Source: a virus
Lineage: Duplodnaviria; Caudoviricetes
Length of the DNA: 41,013 bases
Virus record (IMG/VR): IMGVR_UViG_3300020045_007779
Coordinates: 1 to 41,013 of that record
Strand: one strand, 5' to 3'
The notes under the pieces were generated by a model. That model was not told the DNA's origin, searched no databases, and was given only the letters and a program-made list of their open reading frames with translations. Positions 36,594-41,013 of this stretch are shown here, one piece after another (positions within the stretch are counted from its first letter, which is position 1; every line of letters starts with the position of its first letter). The position numbers were made by a program, and so were the translations under genes.

Positions 36594-37451
36594 CTATGCA
36601 CTTGTTGAACTTAACAAGTTATCAATAAACTCTTGTTGCTTGGTATACGTTCCAGCAGTTGAAGGAGCGGCTTTAGTTACCTTTGCGCCTGTAATTGTAG
36701 TGCTTGCAACAGTTTGTGAAACACTTACTGTATACGTTCCTACGCCTCCAGTACCCGTTAATCTAGCTGTAATAGTTGTTCCAGCTGTAACACCTGAACC
36801 ACTAAGAACCGAATTAACATCAACAGCACCCGAAGTTACAGCAGTAACAGTCAAAGTTGTTCCAGCAATTGAACCCGTTACAACACCAGCAACACCATAT
36901 AAAGGTCTGATTTCATACATCTCTTCATTCTCATTACCTCCTAAGGTAACGATATTTCCTGAAACATCCGTTTTAGCTGTACCAGTTTGACCGGTAGCAG
37001 AAGCCATCTTTAAACCGTTATCAATACCAAACGCAAGTAACATCCTTTGATTTCCTCCAAATTGAACTTGTGAAGTTGGATTTCTAGTTTCCACAATTGC
37101 AAAGATTCTTTCATTACTTCCAAGTTTCTTAATTGCATTTGTAACCTCTTGAGCTAAACTTGGAGCAGTAAATCCAATTGTTTGATTCCAAGAACCTGAA
37201 GCAGGATCAAAAACAGAACTTGCAAAGATTGAATCCTCTTTAGATTCGATTTTAACCAATTGAGGATAAACACCAGCACTAACTTCAGCCTTAAAAATGT
37301 CAGTAATTGCACCGTCAGCATCTAGTAAATAACCAGCGTCTGCACCTTCCAACCAATCAACTAAACCTAGATAGAGCGTTTTCGCTCCACCTAGATTATT
37401 TCCACAATATTTCGAGATACCTTCAATGGTACCAGTAAGACAAATTCCCAT
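36594..37451 (-). CDS. major tail tube-like protein with a C-terminal accessory module
   Basis: C.NNLGG...Y, W.QTI.F and G..NGL...TGTAKTD.SG....L.G.E; follows the capsid gene. Confidence 0.7.
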   Translation of the reverse strand: MGICLTGTIEGISKYCGNNLGGAKTLYLGLVDWLEGADAGYLLDADGAITDIFKAEVSAGVYPQLVKIESKEDSIFASSVFDPASGSWNQTIGFTAPSLAQEVTNAIKKLGSNERIFAIVETRNPTSQVQFGGNQRMLLAFGIDNGLKMASATGQTGTAKTDVSGNIVTLGGNENEEMYEIRPLYGVAGVVTGSIAGTTLTVTAVTSGAVDVNSVLSGSGVTAGTTITARLTGTGGVGTYTVSVSQTVASTTITGAKVTKAAPSTAGTYTKQQEFIDNLLSSTSA

Positions 37452-37464
37452 TTTTTAATTTTAA

Positions 37465-38913
37465 TTAAAATGTGTAAATGATGTGTTGACCTCTAATGTA
37501 GCCAAATCCAAAACCAGCAGCAGACTTCATGTAAACCTTGTCAGTTAATCTAGTTTGATCTGGGAAAACTTCTAATGCTAAAAGCTCATCAGCTTGATCT
37601 AAAGTTGCAGGAACCTTGATATTTTCCATGTGTGAACTAAACGCTTTATTTGCAGGAAAGCCAATTGCATATTTAATTGGAACACCTAAGAAGTAATCTT
37701 CATTTTGTGAAAAGTCAGGGCTTGTATTTCCAGAACCATCTTTATAAGTTCCACCTTGATTTAAAACTAAACCATATTCATCAGCAGTTTTTTTGTTAAT
37801 TTGCTGTAAATACTTTTTGAACATTGGATTAAACACAAAATAAAATTCAGGCATTGGCATGTCTGCAAAGTTATGAAAAGGAATTGCAGCATATAAGTCT
37901 TGTAACACAAACAAAGCATTAGAAGCGTTATAAGTTGCGAATCTAGCCTTAGCAACAACAGAAGCAACAGTTGCAGAATTTGAAACTGTATAAGTTCCTG
38001 TACCTCCATCGCTTGAATCAGTTGAAGTCAATTGAGCTACAATAGTAGTGTTAGCTGCAAAAGTTCCACCGCTAATAACTTGACCAACTCTTAACTTTCC
38101 TTGCAATACTTTTGTAACAGTCATTACAGTAGTACTTTGAGAAGCTACAATAATTGGATTAGGATCAATTACAGTTGATGTATTAATTGGAGCACTTGCA
38201 GCAGTTTGAGAAACCGAAACTGTATAAGTTCCAATACCACCGTCAAACTCTCCTACCTTTGTCAATTGCTCAACAATGTAAGTATTTGCAGCAACGTTAA
38301 CACCCGTAATTAAATCACCTGGCTTAAGATATTGCATGTTTCCTTCTGGCAACATGTAACCCTTATCAACAGCAGTAACAGTTAAAGTAGTAGTTGAGAT
38401 TGAACCAGTCACTTCAACACCTAATTCAGAAGTTGCATCATCTGCTAATTGAGTAAGAATACCATCTGCAACATTCAATGGAACTGTTGCAGCTCCAGTA
38501 TCACCAATCCAAAAACATCTACTAATATCTAAAGCAGTGTGTCTTTTTGTGTCGTCAATCCAAATTTGAGTTACATCAGATTCAACTTGATCTGCGTTTT
38601 CAAACTTATCTTTCAAAGTTCTGAAACATTCTTCTTTATTGATTTTCCAACGTTTAATTTCAAACGTTTTTTCATAAAGTGTAATATCTCCTAAAGCATT
38701 CCAAGCGCATGAAAGGTTGTCACCTTGCAAACCTGAAACACCAGATACAAAACCTAGTCTTCTTTTCTTTCCAATGTTTGGAATTAGTGTTGCAATACCT
38801 GTTTTAATTGGATCAGTAGAAGCCAATGCCTCTGCATACCATTCAGCAGTTTCAGGAACTGTATAAGTAATATCAGTTACGATACTTTGCTTAACCTCGT
38901 TATTTTTTCCCAT
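37465..38913 (-). CDS. major capsid protein with two inserted modules
   Basis: After protease/scaffold; EEC...L, FW.GD...DG, N....L..LY.AIP and terminal GFG....I.Y. Confidence 0.8.
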   Translation of the reverse strand: MGKNNEVKQSIVTDITYTVPETAEWYAEALASTDPIKTGIATLIPNIGKKRRLGFVSGVSGLQGDNLSCAWNALGDITLYEKTFEIKRWKINKEECFRTLKDKFENADQVESDVTQIWIDDTKRHTALDISRCFWIGDTGAATVPLNVADGILTQLADDATSELGVEVTGSISTTTLTVTAVDKGYMLPEGNMQYLKPGDLITGVNVAANTYIVEQLTKVGEFDGGIGTYTVSVSQTAASAPINTSTVIDPNPIIVASQSTTVMTVTKVLQGKLRVGQVISGGTFAANTTIVAQLTSTDSSDGGTGTYTVSNSATVASVVAKARFATYNASNALFVLQDLYAAIPFHNFADMPMPEFYFVFNPMFKKYLQQINKKTADEYGLVLNQGGTYKDGSGNTSPDFSQNEDYFLGVPIKYAIGFPANKAFSSHMENIKVPATLDQADELLALEVFPDQTRLTDKVYMKSAAGFGFGYIRGQHIIYTF

Positions 38914-38915
38914 GA

Positions 38916-40007
38916 TTATTTTTTATTTTTAGCTTTGTTAATGCCTTGTTGAATTGCTTGTGATAATGTTAAAGTTTCTTGTTTAATGTTTACAGGCTCG
39001 CTATTAGTTACAAGTTCTACCTTTGCAGCTGGTTGCTTACCTAGTTCTACAATTGTCTTTTTAAGGATTTCAATTTCTTGAATTTGGTTTTGAATAATCA
39101 AATCCTTTTGAATGACTAAAGCTTTTTGAGCTACCATTTCAACGGATTCAATACTTCCTAAACCTTCAGTGACAATCAAATTACTTCCATCAGACAAAGG
39201 ATAAACTCCATCAGGGACAACATCTCCTAAACTTCCATCCTCATTTAAGTAGTTGCACATCATTGTTTCTTCATCCCAATTGATTGAAACTCCATCACTT
39301 GTTACAAATACTAATTGTTTAACTTGCACCTCTTCAGGGGTTGTTGTTTCATTTGGATTAGGTTCTGCAATGTCTTCTAATTTAGTATCTAGTGTATAAC
39401 CAGCACCAAACCAACCACGCAAGAAATCCAAAATCGTTTTACTTTTTGTGTTTTCCATAATAATTAAATTTTGTTCGATAGGCTCCAAATCAAAAAATGC
39501 TTCGATTGAAAATCCTTTATATTTTTGTAGAAATTCATCTGTTAAGTCAGCAGGATTAAAAGCTCTGAATTCAGCCATCCAAGTTCCGACCGGCAAATCA
39601 AATCCAAATCCGTTGCTTTTATCATGTTCCTTAAACTCAATACACCAGTTTTCTATAAATGACCCTTTTATTTTTTGAGTAGAATCATGTTGTAAGTTAG
39701 ATTGAGTAATTAAATTTTGAGAAACAAACTTATCTTTAGCTTGTTTGATTACCTCTTTATCATAAACAATGTAATAATATTGTTGTGTTTGTTTGTGTAA
39801 TCGCAAAATTGGCATGTCAGGAATTAAGACAGGACCAATCAAACGCGTTTTATCTGCACTTAATGTTACCAGCTTAGCCTTTTCTAAAGTCGCAAACATA
39901 GCAATAAAGTCTTCTTTAATTGCAGGCTGGTCCACTAGCGAAATAGCATAAACACCATTTTGCGGATCATCATTAATTGTAGCTTTATAAACTGGATATT
40001 TTAACAT
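38916..40007 (-). CDS. prohead protease (XkdF-like) fused to scaffold
   Basis: AISLVD.PAI..DF, GPVLIPD, H, E.W, LP.GTW and GFSIEA.F; acidic C-terminus. Confidence 0.85.
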   Translation of the reverse strand: MLKYPVYKATINDDPQNGVYAISLVDQPAIKEDFIAMFATLEKAKLVTLSADKTRLIGPVLIPDMPILRLHKQTQQYYYIVYDKEVIKQAKDKFVSQNLITQSNLQHDSTQKIKGSFIENWCIEFKEHDKSNGFGFDLPVGTWMAEFRAFNPADLTDEFLQKYKGFSIEAFFDLEPIEQNLIIMENTKSKTILDFLRGWFGAGYTLDTKLEDIAEPNPNETTTPEEVQVKQLVFVTSDGVSINWDEETMMCNYLNEDGSLGDVVPDGVYPLSDGSNLIVTEGLGSIESVEMVAQKALVIQKDLIIQNQIQEIEILKKTIVELGKQPAAKVELVTNSEPVNIKQETLTLSQAIQQGINKAKNKK

Positions 40008-40011
40008 TGCG

Positions 40012-40019
40012 CAAAAATA
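40012..40019 (-). promoter_or_regulatory. -7 box TATTTTTG 4 nt before the protease ATG
   Basis: Exact TAnnTTTG match. Confidence 0.65.
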
Positions 40020-40044
40020 AAAAGTAAAAAAAAATTAGTTATTA

Positions 40045-40076
40045 TTTGGTACCGTAAAATAAAGCTTTTATATTTG
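40045..40076 (+). promoter_or_regulatory. divergent promoter
   Basis: TTTG-N20-TATATTTG. Confidence 0.75.
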
Positions 40077-40108
40077 CAGCATCTTACGAAATAACAACAA
40101 TATTATTG

Positions 40109-40131
40109 AAGCGGGTTAAAATCCGCTTTTT
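40109..40131 (+). terminator. promoter-proximal terminator
   Basis: AAGCGG-8 nt-CCGCTT plus T-run. Confidence 0.7.
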
Positions 40132-40180
40132 ATTAAAAGTCTATTTGTCATTTATTTATAAAATTAGTTTAATTTGTTTG

Positions 40181-40203
40181 AGGGGTTGAAAAATACCCTT
40201 TTT
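40181..40203 (+). terminator. second leader terminator
   Basis: AGGGGT-7 nt-ACCCCT plus T-run, just before ATG 40211. Confidence 0.65.
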
Positions 40204-40210
40204 AAGAAGT

Positions 40211-40570
40211 ATGAATACAGAAGTATATAAATTGAAAATATTTGAAGATCGTTTTGAATCGTTAATGAATCAAATGATTGAAAACAAAACGAATAGTTTA
40301 GTAATTGGATATGAACCTTCAACAGGTGGAACTTTCAATATTCTAAAATGGTCAAATTATTTAGCTCTTAAATCTTTCAATGTTTTGATAGTAACTAGGG
40401 ATAAATTTACAATTAAGTATTTGAAATCATTTTTATCAAATAGAGTTGAAGTTGTATATCATACAAAAGTAAATGAAAAAAAAGATAATAAATATGATTT
40501 TGTTTTTTATGATAGATGCGATTTTGATCTAATTAATACTAGTTTCAAAATTAATTTATTGAGAATTTAA
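40211..40570 (+). CDS. hypothetical protein resembling a degenerate P-loop domain
   Basis: EPSTGGT, VLIVT and DFVFYDRCD. Confidence 0.55.
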   Translation: MNTEVYKLKIFEDRFESLMNQMIENKTNSLVIGYEPSTGGTFNILKWSNYLALKSFNVLIVTRDKFTIKYLKSFLSNRVEVVYHTKVNEKKDNKYDFVFYDRCDFDLINTSFKINLLRI

Positions 40571-40575
40571 GAAGT

Positions 40576-40746
40576 ATGCAAATAAAAAAAAGAGGTCGCC
40601 CCAAAAACAAACATAAATCAACTCGTCCACGCGTTCCAATATGGATGCATAAAGTAGTAAACATTCTCAAACTTTTAGGCCCTCCAAAAAATTCAGATTG
40701 GATTGAACATTTGAATCGATTGATTAAACAAGAATATAAGTTATGA
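40576..40746 (+). CDS. 56-aa putative DNA-binding protein (not in ORF track)
   Basis: KKRGRPK AT-hook-like motif. Confidence 0.55.
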   Translation: MQIKKRGRPKNKHKSTRPRVPIWMHKVVNILKLLGPPKNSDWIEHLNRLIKQEYKL

Positions 40747-40914
40747 GTATGCCACTTGCAATAAAAATAGAATTTTTAAAAAATGTATTATCTGGAAACG
40801 TTAATGGATTTTTAGATTCAAAAAGCAATCATGAAAATTTTTGAACTTGGAGTTTATTTAGGAATGATAAAACAAAAATCATTGAATCATAGAGTTCCAA
40901 TGAAAAATCAAATT

Positions 40915-41013
40915 AAAGCTTTATTTTACGGTACCAAATAATAACTAATTTTTTTTTACTTTTTATTTTTGCGCAATGTTAAAATATCCAGTTTATAAAG
41001 CTACAATTAATGA
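40915..41013. repeat. perfect 99-bp inverted copy of 39970..40068
   Basis: Base-by-base reverse-complement match ending at the contig end. Confidence 0.95.

Noticed and set aside
36686-38421. Three module copies as DGR template/variable repeats or inteins
   Set aside because: No reverse transcriptase; differences are not adenine-specific; no intein terminal residues (C/S...HN).
4527-39678. Antisense or alternate-frame ORFs in the track (e.g. 4527, 5021, 8992, 18270, 22659, 28129, 30392, 36640, 39448)
   Set aside because: They shadow well-supported genes and lack motifs or start context.

Overview
This is an AT-rich, probably near-complete ~41 kb tailed-phage (siphovirus-like) genome. A Bacteroidota host is likely, judging from the TTTG-N19-21-TAnnTTTG promoters, A-rich start contexts and the BT4734/VirE-type primase. 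Morphogenesis genes lie on the minus strand but are split into several separately promoted blocks: protease-capsid-tail tube; terminase-chaperone-tail completion; tail tip; holin-spanin; and tape measure-portal-adaptor-endolysin. Plus-strand blocks of small genes, nucleotide metabolism (dcd, thyA), replication (helicase, primase, iteron ori, VRR-NUC), an SLT lipoprotein and an adenine methyltransferase are interleaved between them. No integrase or CRISPR array is visible. The most unusual signals are: (1) a ~70-aa module present twice inside the major capsid protein and once on the tail tube; (2) two tRNA-shaped RNAs without canonical anticodon loops heading the recombination operon; (3) accessory genes bracketed by direct repeats of stop/start junctions; (4) promoter-proximal terminators, including a kissing-loop leader; (5) a -1 frameshift chaperone far from the tape measure gene; (6) a 9-bp array inside the methyltransferase; and (7) a 99-bp inverted junction at the contig end. 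All calls come from motif recognition by eye; no searches were run.
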